A DNA stretch of 64,000 bases from assembly GCA_964036045.1 (NCBI GenBank), contig OZ038379.1, positions 57,908,001 through 57,972,000 on the forward strand, given 5' to 3'. Position numbers and translations under genes: made by a program. The number at the start of each line of letters is the position of its first letter. Within the stretch, counting starts at the first letter, position 1. Positions 1 to 13,095 of this stretch are shown one piece after another. The notes beneath the pieces were generated by a model. That model was not told the DNA's origin, searched no databases, and saw nothing but the letters and a program-made list of their open reading frames with translations. Origin of the DNA: Eutreptiella sp. 'Long Island Sound 2002' (lineage: Eukaryota > Protista > Euglenida).

Positions 1-199
1 GTCGGCCTCGCAGAGCTCGGCGTTGGTGTACATGGTCACCCAGGATTGCGGGTCCCATCCGTGCGCCAAGGGGGCTGCGGGAGTAGTAGCCCGGCGGTAT
101 AGGGTCTCCAGGTGCCCTGCTGGGTCCAAGACGATGCAGCCATCAATCGTTGCGACGGTGCATCCCAGCAGCGCGTCTCGCATGGGGAGAGTGAGGGGC

Positions 200-2635
200 C
201 CGGCCTGGTCCAGGAACTCTTTGGCAAGGCAATGTGCCCGCTGGTTGAGGGTCGCCAGGGGGTCGACGGCTCATGTGGAGTGCTGGGAACGCACCCAGAC
301 GTCCCTGCAGGCAAGGTGGGAGCATGCTGAGTGGGCGTACTTGAAGTACCGACTGAGGATGGAGCGCTCCTTGGGGCCCCGGGTGAAGCGGTGCGTACAC
401 GTGTCTTGGCTGTCAGTGACGAAGATGACCGTGCCGCGCCAGTGTCACAGTTGCCCGAGGGACACTAGACGAGCCAACCATTCCCCATCCTTGCTGGTGG
501 GCTGGAACACGTGACAGGCGAAGCACAGGACCATCAGTTCACCAGCACATGGGTGCCAATAGGTGGCAGCCCCAGCCACCCGGTTGCCTCGTACCGCCGC
601 GTCGTAGGCAACATAGATGACATGCATGCCCGCCAGAGCTGCCAAGGAACCTGAGATGCGAAGCGGGCAGGGAGTGAGGGAGAGGTCTGGGACGTTGTGC
701 ACTTGTAGCCCGTGGGGCTGGAGGGCGGCAATGAGGGTCGGCGTGTTGGAGAGGGGACGGCCATCATGCAGAAGGTAATGGGCAGCAGCCCGGGCCAGCG
801 GGTGCCTGCAATATGCCGCGTGGAGCATGGTGGACATGAGCTGGACGGCATTGTGCAGCGGTAGGAGCGGGCAGCCTGGACCACCGGCTTGCACGGGCGA
901 GTGGAGGAACCAGAGGGGGGTCCATTTGGGGAGTAGGTATGTGCGTCGCCAATGACGGCGGGCGACCACCTGTACGCTGGTGAGGTTCGCGGAGGGGAAA
1001 TATGCACCATGAGACACGTAGTTGAAGGATGATAGGGCGTACATGGTGAAAGCCCGGATGCGTAGGAGGGGGTTCATGCGGTGTTCTGCGCCCGCTCGTG
1101 CCGCTACTCGCTTGAACTTGCGTAGGAGCCGCCCCACCGTCTGGCTTACTGGCAGTTGGCTGAGAAGGGGGATACCGACGAGTGTGGGTGTTGTGCGCTC
1201 GGTGTGTGTGTCGAAGCCGGGGACTTCCAGGCGCTGCAAGGCAGGGGAAAGGGCTTGAAGTCTGATGGCGGTGCACTCCAACTTGTGGGGGTTGGGTGTA
1301 CGCCCGACGGCTCGGGAGTACTGGACACAATCGTGCACTGCCTGGGTCAAGCGTTGCAGCGTGGGGGCCAAGAAGATGCGGTCGTCGCTGAAGCTGGCAC
1401 GTGAGCAGGGGAGCAGACCACGTGTGCTTGGGACCATCATGTCAGTGAATTGCCGCATGGTGGTGTTGAGGCATGTTTGCGTGCCCTGAAAGCACTGGTC
1501 GGCAGCATCCCTGATTGGCGCCCTCTCCGGTCACAATAGGCTCCGTGAAGCCCACATCTGTCAATATCCGGATCTGAAGGCCTGCGTAGTACGCGCCGAA
1601 CCAGTGGCCAAAGTTCCAGGTGCCAGGAGTGAGCTGCAGTGTTTCTGTCGCTGCCTGTCTAGGTATGCGGAAGTAGGCATGTGACTCGTCCCATTTGGCC
1701 AGAGTGACTTGGGATCACTGCAGTAGGCTGCAAAGCATAGCCGCGCGGACGGCGTACACCATGAAGGGGGGCTAAATCTCTTTGCGATAAGCGAACAACT
1801 CCGGGGTGGCGTTGCCTGATAGCTCGAGAGTGGCCCGTATGAGCTGCCACGCCGAGGCGGCTTCAAACGAGGCTAAAGGAGATGACACCGAAAGAGGCCT
1901 GTGGGACTCGAAGAGGTGGGCAACTTTTGGGGCGCCTTTGTATGACCCATACTGTACCGCTGTGCTGACAAAGGTGGCGACGCCATGCCGTCGTGCCTGC
2001 GCGATGCGTTGGCAGGCCCCATGGAGGCCTTTCTCTGCGCCATGGAGGATGCCGGGGGGGGAATCATCTACTGCTGTGGTCAGAGAGTGGAAGCGTTTGA
2101 GTGCTGCATGCACATGATATGGATGCAGTGGCCAAGGGGCTGCGAGGTCGCTAGCGAGTCGGACGAGGTCATCCTTGTTCGACGGTGAGCGTCCATGGTG
2201 CAGGGCGAGGAGGACCAGGTTGCGGGGCAGGTCCGTGGCCGGTTGCCAGAGCGCTTCCCACGGCTGCACGGTAGATGTTCTCCGCAAGGCCGCAAAGTCT
2301 ACGAGTACATGGCGGTCTTGTTGGACCCCCAGGGCCTGTCGTTGCGTCTCCGTTAGTTGTGCACGCGCGTAGGGCATGTGGGCATCCGGTCGGGGGAGGA
2401 TGCCTGCATATGGTCGGAGGGGCTTGCTGGGGGGGCGACATATCGATGGCCACGGCATCAATGGCGACACGTTGGAGGGCTTCAGTTTTGGACAGGGTCT
2501 CATGCGCAGCTCGCCGGGACCTGAGGGTCCCAGCAATGCGGTGCAGCTGGGATTGGTCGTAGGGGGGCGGGGGCAGGTGCAGCTTGTCGAGCAGGGAGCG
2601 CGCGCTGTCGCGGGCGAGGATGTATTGGCGGGCAT
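200..2635 (-). pseudogene. Reverse transcriptase + RNase H domains of LINE ORF2 (frameshifted)
   Basis: ORFs 1772..2635 and 445..1458 carry RT subdomains with catalytic FSDD, followed by RNase H VIYVAYDAAVRG...DGEWLARL...VIFVTDS. Confidence 0.88.
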
Positions 2636-2833
2636 AGTGATGGAACAAGTCGAGGTATTGATCCGGTGATGCTGGGGTGTGGTTGAGGCAACCCCACGTC
2701 ACCCCACGTCATTGACCACGGCCGCCAAGGATCGGATCTGCTGGCTGTCTGTAGAGCGCCACCTGTACCGTTTCCAGGCGAAGGGATCAGGCTTGGCATC
2801 CGTCGCGGTCAGCTACGCGAATAGCGCCAGGTG

Positions 2834-3610
2834 TCAGTGCCACAAGGGGAGGAGGGCATAGGTGCTGGACGACCATGACCCGTACAAGAGGATGTGGTCA
2901 ATTGCAGTGGCTGCTGGCACTGCAAGGGTGGTGGTGTAGTTGGTGGCGCAGTCGGCAGGCAGCAGCGGGGTGAATGAGGCCAGCGCCCCCGAGGGCCGCA
3001 GCACTTGCTCCAAGGGGGTGCCGGAATCACGCGGCATATTCATATCGGCTTGGATGAGGGCATACCGGAGTTTGGTTGTGGTACGTAGAGTGGCCCAGGC
3101 ACGCATGAAGCCGTGGCGCGCCCGATCAGGAAGCTTTGGGGGCAGGCGGGCACTGTTCACCAGGATATCTCCGTAGGCGCGCGTCGGAAGGAGCAGGGCA
3201 AAGTTCTCACGGGAGTCAAGGAGGGGGGGCGGGGTCTGTGCCGGTGGGGCACAGGGCGCGCGCCCATGCTATAGCCAAGCCCGTTCCTTGTCCGCTCACA
3301 TGGCCTGCTTTGTATGTCATGTGGGGCGGAAGTGCATCTGGGATGTGGTCAGGGTTCCAGACCTCTTGTAGTGTGACAATGTTAGGGGAGAGGGCGAGTA
3401 ACCAAAGGCGTACTATCTGCAGCTGGGACTCGAGGCCCCCGACATTGGCGCCAAACAGGCGCAAGGGCTGGAGGTCCTGGCCCACGGGGCTGAAGGACGT
3501 GGGGGCCAAGGCCAACATGATGCGGGGCAGCCCCGTAGTTGGCTGGGCGTCAGTCGCGTACGCATTGGTGGCCCCATGGCAGTGCACTGTCGTCAACGGC
3601 GGGGCATGAC
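2834..3610 (-). pseudogene. Apurinic-like endonuclease (APE) domain of LINE ORF2
   Basis: LRLFGANVGGL, IVTLQEVW, GTGLAIAW (ORF 3216..3962) and IQADMNMP, TNY...AIDHILL (ORF 2834..3160). Confidence 0.85.
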
Positions 3611-4467
3611 TGCTGTTGGCTAGATGGAATGGTGTAGCAGCGTGCGTAGGCCTCTCGTGTGGTGGGGGCTCCTCGCGATGGGTCGGGGCAAAAGGCCCGT
3701 GGGTGAGGGGGGAGGGGGGCATCGGCGGGCATGACCACAGTGTGCAGCATAGGGCGTGAGCAGGTTGGGCATGTGGACGCAGTGAGCACCACAGGCGTAA
3801 CGGGAGTCGCTGGCTGTAGAATCCAAGGGCCGTCTGGTCGGTCATGACGTCGGTACATCCATCGTGAACTACCGGTGCGGGGTACCGCACCTGAGTCTTG
3901 GTCCCAGAAGGTGAGCACGGTGGTACCCACTTGGACGGGCACAGACAGCAGGATACGTCCACGTTGCCGGGCCAGTTGGACTGCCTGGGCCAGCCGGTTG
4001 GCTAGTAGGGGATGAGCCAACGGATGTCTGGAACCGTCGGTTGGGGTTGTTTGCTGGGCACATGGGGGGGGCAGGACTGAAGTGGCCGTGCATTGCGGGC
4101 ATGGTCGGGGGCAGGTGTGCCATTTTGGGATAGGGGTGCCGCAACTGGGACACACAGCATCGTCAGCGGGGCCACAGGGGGTCTCATCTCGAGGCGGAGG
4201 CGCGCCGCTGAGCCCAAAATCCTCGGCGACGACATGCTCGATGGGTGTCGTCGAGGCGAGTTCCTGCAGGGCGTGCAGTAGGGCGTGGACAGGCGCGCAG
4301 CAGGCTGGCAGAAAGGACGGGACGAGTAGTCACCTGTGACGGAGCCCCTCCCAAGGCATGCCGCGAGCGTACTGTACTGTGCGACTTGCCTGCTGGTCGA
4401 CACGTGGGACCGCTTGCAATTGAGCCTCTGCGTTGGCGGCCTTTGGGGGGTTTGTGGCGCGCGAGGG

Positions 4468-6582
4468 TCAGCCTTTGTTTTTGGCCCTGCATTGGGCCTT
4501 GGAGAGCTTGGGGGTGGTGGTGAGTTGGCGCTTCTTCGGTCGCGTCACCGGCAGGCGTGGTGCAGGGGGTAGATTGAGGTGGTTATCTTCGGCTGTGACG
4601 AACGGCTCCTCGTTGGGACCGTGGGCCACCAGGGTGCAGTTGGTCCCTGAGGGGAAGGTGTAAACGCGTTTAGGGGACGTGGTAAAGAGGTTGTTGTACA
4701 CCTCAGGGGCTATGGTAGCGAATCCAAAGCCTCGGGATACATCTCGCGGGTCGATGTACACGGGAGTGCCCAACTCGCTGGTGGACTCGACCGGGTCGCA
4801 TGCATCTAGTCCGGGGAGATACGCACGCACGACGTCGCCGGCATCGCCGTTGGGGGTTGGAACCCAGGGGTGACAGCGGTGGGAAGCGCTAGGGTTCGTG
4901 ATACACTGTGGGCAGGGGCAGTGGGGTGCTTTGTGGGGGGGGAGCTCCGATGGCGGGTGCATTAGGGCGGAGTGCGCCCGCAATAAACCAGTCCGTGGCC
5001 GAGGGGCTGGCTGCTGTGAGCGCTGCTGTGACTTCGCGGACAAGGGCCTCGTGGTGCGCGGTGGTGGTGACGAGGTCTAGAGCGCCACGCACGTTGCGGC
5101 GGAAGCTGTGAACGTCGACGGCCGATGCCATGGGGGTGAGTTTGGACGCGGGGCAGGCTTTCACTTCGACTGATGGCCGCGGCTGCTGCAGACCACGCGG
5201 TGAAGCCGCGTTGTTGAGCCGACATGATGATGGGAGCGAGTTGGCTCAGGGTGGCGGTGATAGTGGAGGCATCTATGGCGGGTCCATAAGCGGTCATGAC
5301 CTCTTTGATGAATTCCGTCAGCCGGACTCGGAGGCGAAGGCGCTACGATGCACAGCTGGCTGACCAGGCAGAATTGGCCGCCAGGGATAGCTCCGCGGAC
5401 TGTACCGCAACACGCGTTCCGAGATCAAAGCCCCATTTAGTGATGAGGGCGAACATCCCAGCTGCCATCACAGGGGCAGTAGTCTCAGGGAGTGTGCGAA
5501 GGGCATCAAGATGTTTCAGCACGTCAGCGTCCTCCATCACTCCACCGGAGTCAAGGAGACGTTTCCATGCGGGCGACGTCGCGGAGGATGCATTCGCACC
5601 TTTGTCTTCCGGTACCAGAGAGAGGGATGTCGGCCGGGTTCGGGCGTCTAGGGTGCACAGGGCCCCAGAGGTTTCGTGCTTGCCCAACTCCGCTTGCCAC
5701 TCACGGCAGGAAAGGGGCGCGGGTCCGAACGCCCAGCCGACCTTGTCGCCCTCCTTCGCGAACTTCAGAAGGTTGGCGTAGGCCAGGGTCTGCCCATTGC
5801 GGCCCGCTTGCCAGGAGGACAGCCAGTGCAGTGCCGCTACGCGTAGCAGCTTGGGTGTGACCTTCTCAGTCCCGGCTAGGAGGCTGACCATGCCGTTGAA
5901 GTCGAGTGCTGCGACCGGCCCATCTCCAAATTCGGAAAGATGGCTGCGACACCCACGGAGGAAGGCCCGTCGATCCTCTGGGCCAGCCTGTGCGGCCCAT
6001 TTCAGCAATTGGGCCATCAACTGGCGGTACGGCAGCCATTGATGGCGGGCATCATGTTCTTGCAACGCCTCCAATTCCATGTTGGTGATGTAGCCGGCTG
6101 TCATGACATACCACCAGAGCTGGGGCCCGATGAGCAGGGGGTTGGCCTCCAAGCTGATGAGCTTGACGTCCACCTTCGTCGCATGGTGTCGGACATCACC
6201 CAGAAGCTGCCTGTGCTGCGGGTCCTAGGTGACGCGCAACACGGGCCACGCTTCCGCAGGGCGAAGCTGTTCGCGTTGCTGTTCCGGGGAAAGGGAGCTG
6301 AACGCTGGGATGGTGTCTGTGGAGAAGGGGGCACGGTGTGGAGTGGCTGGAGGTGTCTTCTACGGCTCCACCACTCGGCTGCCCTCCGCTTCCGGGGATC
6401 CGGTCGGTCGCTGGCCCTGTGAGGGAACGCGTGCAGGGTCGGGTACACCGCGGGTCGGGCTGCGGTTGAGGGCTGCGGTGGAGGTGGTGGTTGGTGTGTT
6501 GGTCCCTGTGCGCAGCACGCGTTGGTCGTGCTCGGTCTGCGCGCGCCTCGGCGGTTGCCGCGATTCGCACCACTCTGGTCAT
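4468..6582 (-). pseudogene. LINE ORF1-like protein, frameshifted, with Cys/His cluster (CPCPQC...HRCH)
   Basis: Located upstream of APE on the same strand; ORFs 5343..6173, 4889..5164 and 4468..5043 appear to be one broken frame. Confidence 0.55.
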
Positions 6583-6944
6583 GTTCCCCCTGCAGTGTGT
6601 GGTGGTGGGTCGGGGTGGTGTTAGAGGACGCCCTCCCTCGGCAGGGGGTGGCTCAGCACTAGACTCCCAGCATGTTTGGGGCGCTACTTCCCACCATGTT
6701 GCATGGTGCCACCGCCGCGGGGTTTGGGACCGCAGTGAGGTGGGGTGTTACTTGTCGCACTGTGCGAGGCTGCCTGTTGTGGTGGTTGTGTCACCCGTGA
6801 TCCTTTTTCTGGGATCACTGCGGGCGCCAGCTGAGCTCGGTTTCCTCGCATCGGCTGTCGACGGACTCCCGTCTCATCCTCAGGGCTGAGCCTGCCCGAG
6901 GCGGGGCTGCCTCCTGTTCGCCAGCACAGAAGGGTGACACCGGG

Positions 6945-8327
6945 TGGTGGGGGGGGACCTCAACTTGAAACTTGACTACCCGCTGCGGGCATCGGCGTCT
7001 GTTTTGGCGTCCCCCCTTACCCGCCGGCTGGTGGACACGGACCTTGAGCTAGCGTCCGCCCTCGGGCGGGACCCGCTCTGCTCATACCAGGGCCCGTAGG
7101 GTACACGCCCCTCGCACATGGACGGGCTGCTTGTCCACACGCAGCTGGCAACATTGCTCCTTGTGGCGAAACGGCTGCTGCACGGGGCCCTCCCGGGCCA
7201 TGCCCCGGTACGCTTCGACCTCCACATGAGAGGCTCGTTACAGCGGGTGGTGAAGTTCGTCCACCCCAAGCCGGTCGCGATGGCTCCGCGGGAGGAGCAT
7301 GAGAGGCTCCTGCTCACGCGACGCCTCGTGGACCCCCTGGAGGCCGGCTGGCAAGCGGCCCTATCCAATGGGGATGTGGAACGGGCCTGGGCCTTCTGGA
7401 CCACGGCCGCGGAAGAGACCCTCCTCGCCCTGGCCTGCCCGGACATCACCCCGGACTCCCTCCCGGTTGGGGCCACGCTCCCGCTGGCTCCCCCTCACCT
7501 CCCCCGCGGCAGGGTTACCAACGAGCTGCTCCGAGAGGTGTGCCTCTACCCCAAGCAGCGCCGGGACACCGGGGGGCCGCTCACCTGCCCTCTGGGGCGC
7601 ATCCAAGCGGCCCAGGACCCCCTCCGGGACGTCCTCCGATGGCTGGAACGTCCGGCGCAAGGCGCGGGTGCGATGCCGAGCAGGGTACAACCGGCGTGGA
7701 CGGCGCTCGGGCGTCGGCTTGGGAGGCTCCGCACGTTGAGCCCACAGTATGCTAGCCTGGAGCTGGACGGCTCGCACGACCGGCTGGCCCCGTGGGCGTC
7801 ACTCTTCCGCCGCCGCACGATGCTAGCGGGCAAGGTCCGTCCCACACTCCGGGCGGAGGACCAAGAGGGCCTTTGCGAGTGGCGCTCCTGGCTGGAGGAA
7901 GCTTGGACCTCCGACCACGTGGCAGTGTACCGGTGGTTCAAGGCTGAGTCCTACGCCCCGCCGGTCACCGTCCTCTCCACGCCGGATGGCACCATCCTGG
8001 CCAATCTGGCGTAGATGGATGGCCTCTTGCACGACGTCTTGCGCCCGATAAACCGCAAGTATGCGATGGACCCCAAGCCGGACCCCAAGGCCTTCCTCCG
8101 CTGATATGGACACCGTGTCCGGCGGGTCCCCATGATTGCCTCACGGCCGGACGGCGCCCGCCTGCGCAAAGGGCTCTCCCGCATCAAGCCCTCGGCGCTA
8201 GGACTTGATGGGTGGAGTTTGCCCGACCTCCGCTCTCTTCCCGACGGGCTGCTGGGCTCGCTAGCGGACCTCCTGCGGGAGGTGGAGCGCCTTGGCAAAT
8301 GGCCGACCCGCCTGGCCTGTGCATGTC
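6945..8327 (+). mobile_element. Truncated LINE of a second family (APE C-terminus to RT N-terminus)
   Basis: GGDLN at ~6955, MDGLLVH...PGHAPVRFDL (APE end), then LRKGLSRIKPSALGLDGWSLPDLRSLPD...VERLGKWP (RT domain 0/1); sequence breaks off at ~8327. Confidence 0.85.
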
Positions 8328-8542
8328 GTGATGGTGAGTGTTGATCACATGTGTTGCAACAGCCATGTTGGAGGGTCTTGAAGACTTGGTGCTCGCCCAT
8401 CCACAGTCCGCGCAGCCTCTGATGGTGCAACTGGCAGTGTGGCCGCCCGCACCTCCTCGTCGACCGACTTCATGACCAGCCGCGGGTACACGTCCACGTC
8501 AGCCTCAAGAGAAGTACCTAAAAAGGCAGTGACGAAAGGGGA

Positions 8543-8735
8543 CAGGAAGTGGTCCAGGAAGGGGGGTTCATGTGCATGAAGGGGGGGCTTCCTGTGCAGG
8601 AAGGGTCCAGGAAGGGTCTAGGAAGGGGTTCAGGAAGGGGGTTCCTGTGTAGGAACGGGGGGGGGCTCTTGTGGAGGAAGGGGGTTCCTAGGGGGTTCCT
8701 GGGACGGTTCCTGTGCAGGAAGGGGGGGGTTCCTG
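8543..8735 (+). repeat. G-rich AGGAA-Gn-TTCCT array 1
   Basis: Tandem imperfect units such as caggaagggggggttcctgtg. Confidence 0.9.
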
Positions 8736-9036
8736 AGTGGCATGCACATGACACAGCCCGCACACTGTGCCTAGTTCCGGCCCTCAAACTACCCTCCCCT
8801 TGCATTGTGACTACCACTGACCCTTGGCAACCAGTACTGACCACATATTTGGCCCGTGGCATTGTAAACCCCCCAACCAATGGCCTTGCAACTCAAAGGG
8901 GACAGAGTGTCAACCCGCTGGCATGTGCACCAAAAGGCCTGCTCTTGCGCCACCTTGGTGGTGCGGAAGATTGCCCCGGGGCCATTAAAAAGCTCGGGTC
9001 CACGGGTCTCGGCTCGGGTGGTGCCATCTCCATCCG

Positions 9037-9960
9037 CTACACGTAAACGTCACTACTCTCCTCGGTACCCCGGGCGAATCCTGCGAAGCGGCCGTTCACC
9101 ACCAAAATGCTCCCAGGTGGCGGAACCAACAAGGCGCGGTAATCCGATCTCGACCAGGGCAGCCACTCACTCTCGTGTGCATGCCGCGCCGGTGGGCAGT
9201 CCTCCAGGTTGGAGGTTTGGTCAGCGGGAATCACATGCGGAGCCGCCGTTGCCTCGTATTGCCCGGTGTAAACCGTCATCCCCTGCGATGGAATCAAACA
9301 GGTCACCATGTGCTGAAGGGCAGGGACAGGACTCGGATCAGCGGCCTCGGCACTCCCTAGATCGGATGTTGCTTCTGCTGCTTCACTGTCGCGCTTGCTG
9401 CACTCGATCCCCGTGTGATTGCGGCAAAGGACTTGGACACCACACCCACAACACCTCTCACTTGCGACAACTCCACAACTCACAGCGGCCTTGTGCGCCC
9501 AAAACGGGGGCGTGATGGCGTGGGTGGTGGCGTAGGACACTGTGTGCGTTGATAGCCCACAAAACCCAATCATACGGCGGGACCCCGGTTCTGTAGCCAA
9601 CGGCAGGCCGCCTCCTTCATGCACCATTGTGGAGCAGATCACCCACATGGAACCCCTTTTCATTGGCATGCGGTGGATGATCCAAGGGCGAGAGAAGGCA
9701 CGGGCAGGCATGGCGACGAACTGTGCGCAATCATCATCGTCAGGGATATTCATTGACAATGCCCAGAACACGGAGAGGGCGATGCCATCCACGGGAAGTG
9801 ACGCTGCTGGGACATCTCGGTGCGGCAGTTGTCGAACTCAGGTGATGGACTCCATGTACCCGTGGGTCACGACTTGCAGCGCCCGCCCCGTCACCTCCAC
9901 CCCGCTCTTTGTCGCGCACCACGACCCCTGTTGGAGCTGCCGAATGACTGGCCCACTGCC
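9037..9960 (-). pseudogene. Unknown protein remnant with Cys-rich segment (CGVVASERCCGCGVQVLCRNH)
   Basis: ORF 9037..9792 extends upstream through one stop; protein-like composition; no family recognised. Confidence 0.35.
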
Positions 9961-10239
9961 CTAAACAGCGACCCCAACCAGCTTGCCAGCCTGCAGCACT
10001 TGTTCATCGGGGTTTTCTTGCTGAGTATGAGGTGGCCCGCATCTTCAACCACAACCGCCCAGTTGCTGGCCGAGCTCAGGACCCGCCGGACCGCAAGATG
10101 GTGTGGGGGGAGCCGGAGGACATGTCCAAGCATCCGGATGCGGAGGACCACATCCACGTGTGGTCCCTGCCGTGCCTGACGTCCATGGTGACGCGGGTGA
10201 AGGCCAAGCTGGAGGCGATCTTGGGCAAGACAAGTAGCC

Positions 10240-10767
10240 CCTTGGCCGCATAGGCACTCGGAACGGTGGGCCCGGGGCCGGCGCCGTCCCACTCCCATGG
10301 TGAGCGACTGGAGAGGGAATAGATGGGGAGGGTCTCCTCACCGGACTGCCGCAGATCGAAGAGGAACAACTTCCTCTTGGCTGCCTCCTTGTACCAACCC
10401 TCCTTGGCGAAAGTGGCGGGCTTGGGCTTCGTGGAAGTGATGCGGAGGGTGGTGGGCGTCTTGGCATTCACAGGGTAGGCAGCCATGTAGTTGCTTTGGA
10501 TCAAGGCGTGGTCGCTGGGCAAGCGGGTGGATAGGGACGCCAGCAAGAGCAGAAGTCCGCTCTGCTGGGCCGCATTTGGAATGCGGTGATGTCGGGGTTG
10601 CGGTGCACCGTATCTGCAATGAGGTCCGAGAGGGCACACAGGTCCCGGTCACGAAGGATGGACTTGGTGATGCGCACCCGGCCAATGGTCGTGCCCGGCG
10701 GCCAAGTCACGGCGGAGTTGGTGTGGATGGCGGTGTCGTGGAACGTCCTCCGGAAGGGAGCAGCCAC
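10240..10767 (-). pseudogene. Unknown protein remnant (one frameshift)
   Basis: ATG at 10767 after a pyrimidine-rich tract; ORFs 10501..10767 and 10076..10639 join near 10560 into one plausible frame. Confidence 0.35.
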
Positions 10768-10851
10768 GTGTACCGGCGTGGCTTGTGATGGCAGCCATCG
10801 AATCCCAATCGAAGGGACAAGCAGAAATTGGGAAAACGGGGCTGACTTTGA

Positions 10852-10973
10852 GGGATAGGAAGGGTCATAGGAAGGGGGGTTCTTGGGCAGGAAAGGGGGG
10901 GGGTTCCTGGGCCGGAAGTGGTCTAAGAAGGGTCTAGGAAGGGGTTTCTAGGGGGGTTCCTAGGGGGGTTCCT
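10852..10973 (+). repeat. G-rich AGGAA-Gn-TTCCT array 2
   Basis: Same unit as array 1; begins gggataggaagggtcataggaagggggg and ends ggttcctgcccga. Confidence 0.9.
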
Positions 10974-11302
10974 GCCCGAGAAAAGTTGACTCCCTTGGTC
11001 GGACACAAGGGTCGTGATAGTTCTTATACGCTTATTTTGACCCCCAAAACACCCCCATAAGTGTGGTCGTTACTTTAGCGGTGCACTACCATGTCATTTT
11101 GGGGGGGGTTCCTAGGCCACCCTTCCTTGGCTGCACCCCACACTCCGGGCAGTCCCACGGGACGCGAACTTCATCCTTGTGTGCCGCGCCGCACGGCACG
11201 CGGAATTGGTACGCGTGCCGTGGCCCGACACCCTGGCCGCCGTCCACAGGGCCCGGGCCTTGAGGCCGCGTAGCACCGATTTCTCCAACTCGGTGGAGTC
11301 TA

Positions 11303-12230
11303 GTGACCAAGCAGGGGGGCACGTTTTGGTATCGTGATTGCACAATAACCTTCCGGAAGGAGAAGGCAGCCACTGCCCTGCAGCTGCAGCTGCCAGTGGC
11401 ATGTACGGACAGTCTCGCCGAGCTGCCCCAGGGGCATGCAAGACATGGCAAGACGTACGTGGTTGCGCAGTACTTGTGCCTTGTTGGCCATGCCAAGGCC
11501 AGCAACACATGGTCTTTCTTGGTGTACAGCGAGCAGACCAGCTTCAAGACACTGAAGAGTCTGGCAAGGCGGATGTGTTTGGATGCCGGTGTCCCCATTG
11601 AGGTGCAGGATGTGGTTGACGAGTAGCTTGAGAAGTACTGCAAGCGGCAAGAACAGGGTCAATTGGGTGCGCGCTCACACGTGAAGAAGGAGCCCGGCAC
11701 GTAGGCAGGCACACAGCCACTGTGGCAGCAACCTTGGGCCGAGGTCAAGTCGGAGCAATCAGAGAGGGCAGCGCGGGGATCCGTGAAGCGACCGACCCCG
11801 ACAGCTGTCATCACTGACTCCCCCTCCAAGCGGCGCGTACCGGGCAGCCCGGGGCGGGCAAGTCCAATGGCAGTGGACATGGGGACAGTGGTCACGCAGC
11901 TGGCACCTGGGTTGCAGTAGAGCGTGCGCAAGGCGTTGAATGAGGTGTTGCTTGATGCCGTTGAGAAGGCGATGGCAAGTGGCGGCAGGACCCGGGCAGA
12001 GCGGGCCACGGAGCAGGCGACCAAGAAGGAGCGGGAAGCACGGGAATAGGTTCTGAAGCACGAGGCGACCATTGCAAGTTTGCGGGCACAACTGAATGCC
12101 TTGGAAGAACGGGTCGAAGCTGCGGAGCACACAGCGTGCGAGGCGCATCCGGCAAGGTCAAGGCCGAGGCTCTGCTGGCGGAGAAAGCCGCGGAATGTGA
12201 CCGGGCATTGAGCATCCTCAACCGGACGTA
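11303..12230 (+). pseudogene. Two unknown ORF remnants (107 aa ORF; coiled-coil-like segment with internal stops)
   Basis: ORF 11303..11626, then a frame reading ...KALNEVLLDAVEKAMASGGRTRAERATEQATKKEREARE*VLKHEATIASLRAQLNALEERVEA. Confidence 0.35.
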
Positions 12231-12826
12231 CGGCTAGGCCCCAGCCCCAGCAATTGATGAGGAGTGGCGAGGCACAGTGGCGTGGTAGTCCGCGAGACGG
12301 GGTGGTGAGGAGGGACTAGAGAGTGACCCGCCGCGGGTGAGAGCGCAAAGATCGGGAGTGCCCCTTTGGCCTTGGCGGCCGTTGAGGGGTGCTCGGGTTC
12401 TGCCAACTTGTCAGGGCATGAGACAACCCCTGGTGGAACGCTGTGACTAGAACACTCCGAAGGTTGCACGCCTGCATGCAAGGCTGCGTGAATGCGCCAA
12501 GGGCTGTGTGATGCAGTGCAAAAAAAATACATACCCTAACGCATATCTAACCCTTATCTTATTTTGTGCGCGAAAGTCGTTTAGGATGGTAGTCATGTCA
12601 TGTGCAGGGCGCGTAAGGTGGTGCCATGAGCGGGGAGCTTCACATACCCTCCCCCTTGGGGGCACCACCGAGATTTCCAAGCTTCATGTCATGAACTGCC
12701 AGCTCTCACTTTCACTTTCACGTTCATTGATCGTATTGTCTGGCCCCATATGACAGCGGTGTTTGAAGGGATCCAGGTGACATCTGTTGTGGTTGCGATA
12801 GGGGCAGTACACCGAAACACCAGGTA

Positions 12827-13046
12827 CAGGAAGGGGGGGGTTTCCTGTGCAGAAAGTCTCTAGGAAGGGGTACAGCATGGGGGTTCTTGTAAAGGAAGGG
12901 GGGGGGGGGGTTCCTGTGCAGGAAGGGGTCTAGGAAGGGGTCCAGGAAGGGTGTTCCCGTGGGGTTCTTGGGACAGTTCCTGGCCAGGAAGGGGGGGGGG
13001 TTCCTGTGCAACAAGGGGGTTTTGTGGGGTTCCTGTGGCGCTTCCT
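12827..13046 (+). repeat. G-rich AGGAA-Gn-TTCCT array 3
   Basis: Same unit; closest in wording to array 1 (ttcctgtgcaggaagg). Confidence 0.9.
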
Positions 13047-13095
13047 GTGCACATCCTGCCCTCACAACTCTTGGCACATTTTCATTTGAAATGTA

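Larger units (their letters stand above)
1..6600 (-). mobile_element. Decayed non-LTR retrotransposon (LINE; ORF1 + APE-RT-RNase H), 3' end runs off the window start
   Basis: Collinear minus-strand pieces: ORF1-like 6582-4468; APE motifs (ANVGGL, LQEVW, ADMN, IDHILL) at 3610-2834; RT motifs (HRPLSV, WDESHAYFRIP, FSDDRIFL) at 2635-1300; RNase H motifs (VAYDAAV, GEWLA, FVTDS) at 620-200. Several frameshifts and stops. 5' boundary approximate. Confidence 0.9.

Noticed and set aside
8330-8520. Exon of a host gene on the minus strand
   Set aside because: Has a good AG acceptor but contains a stop and no partner exon could be identified.
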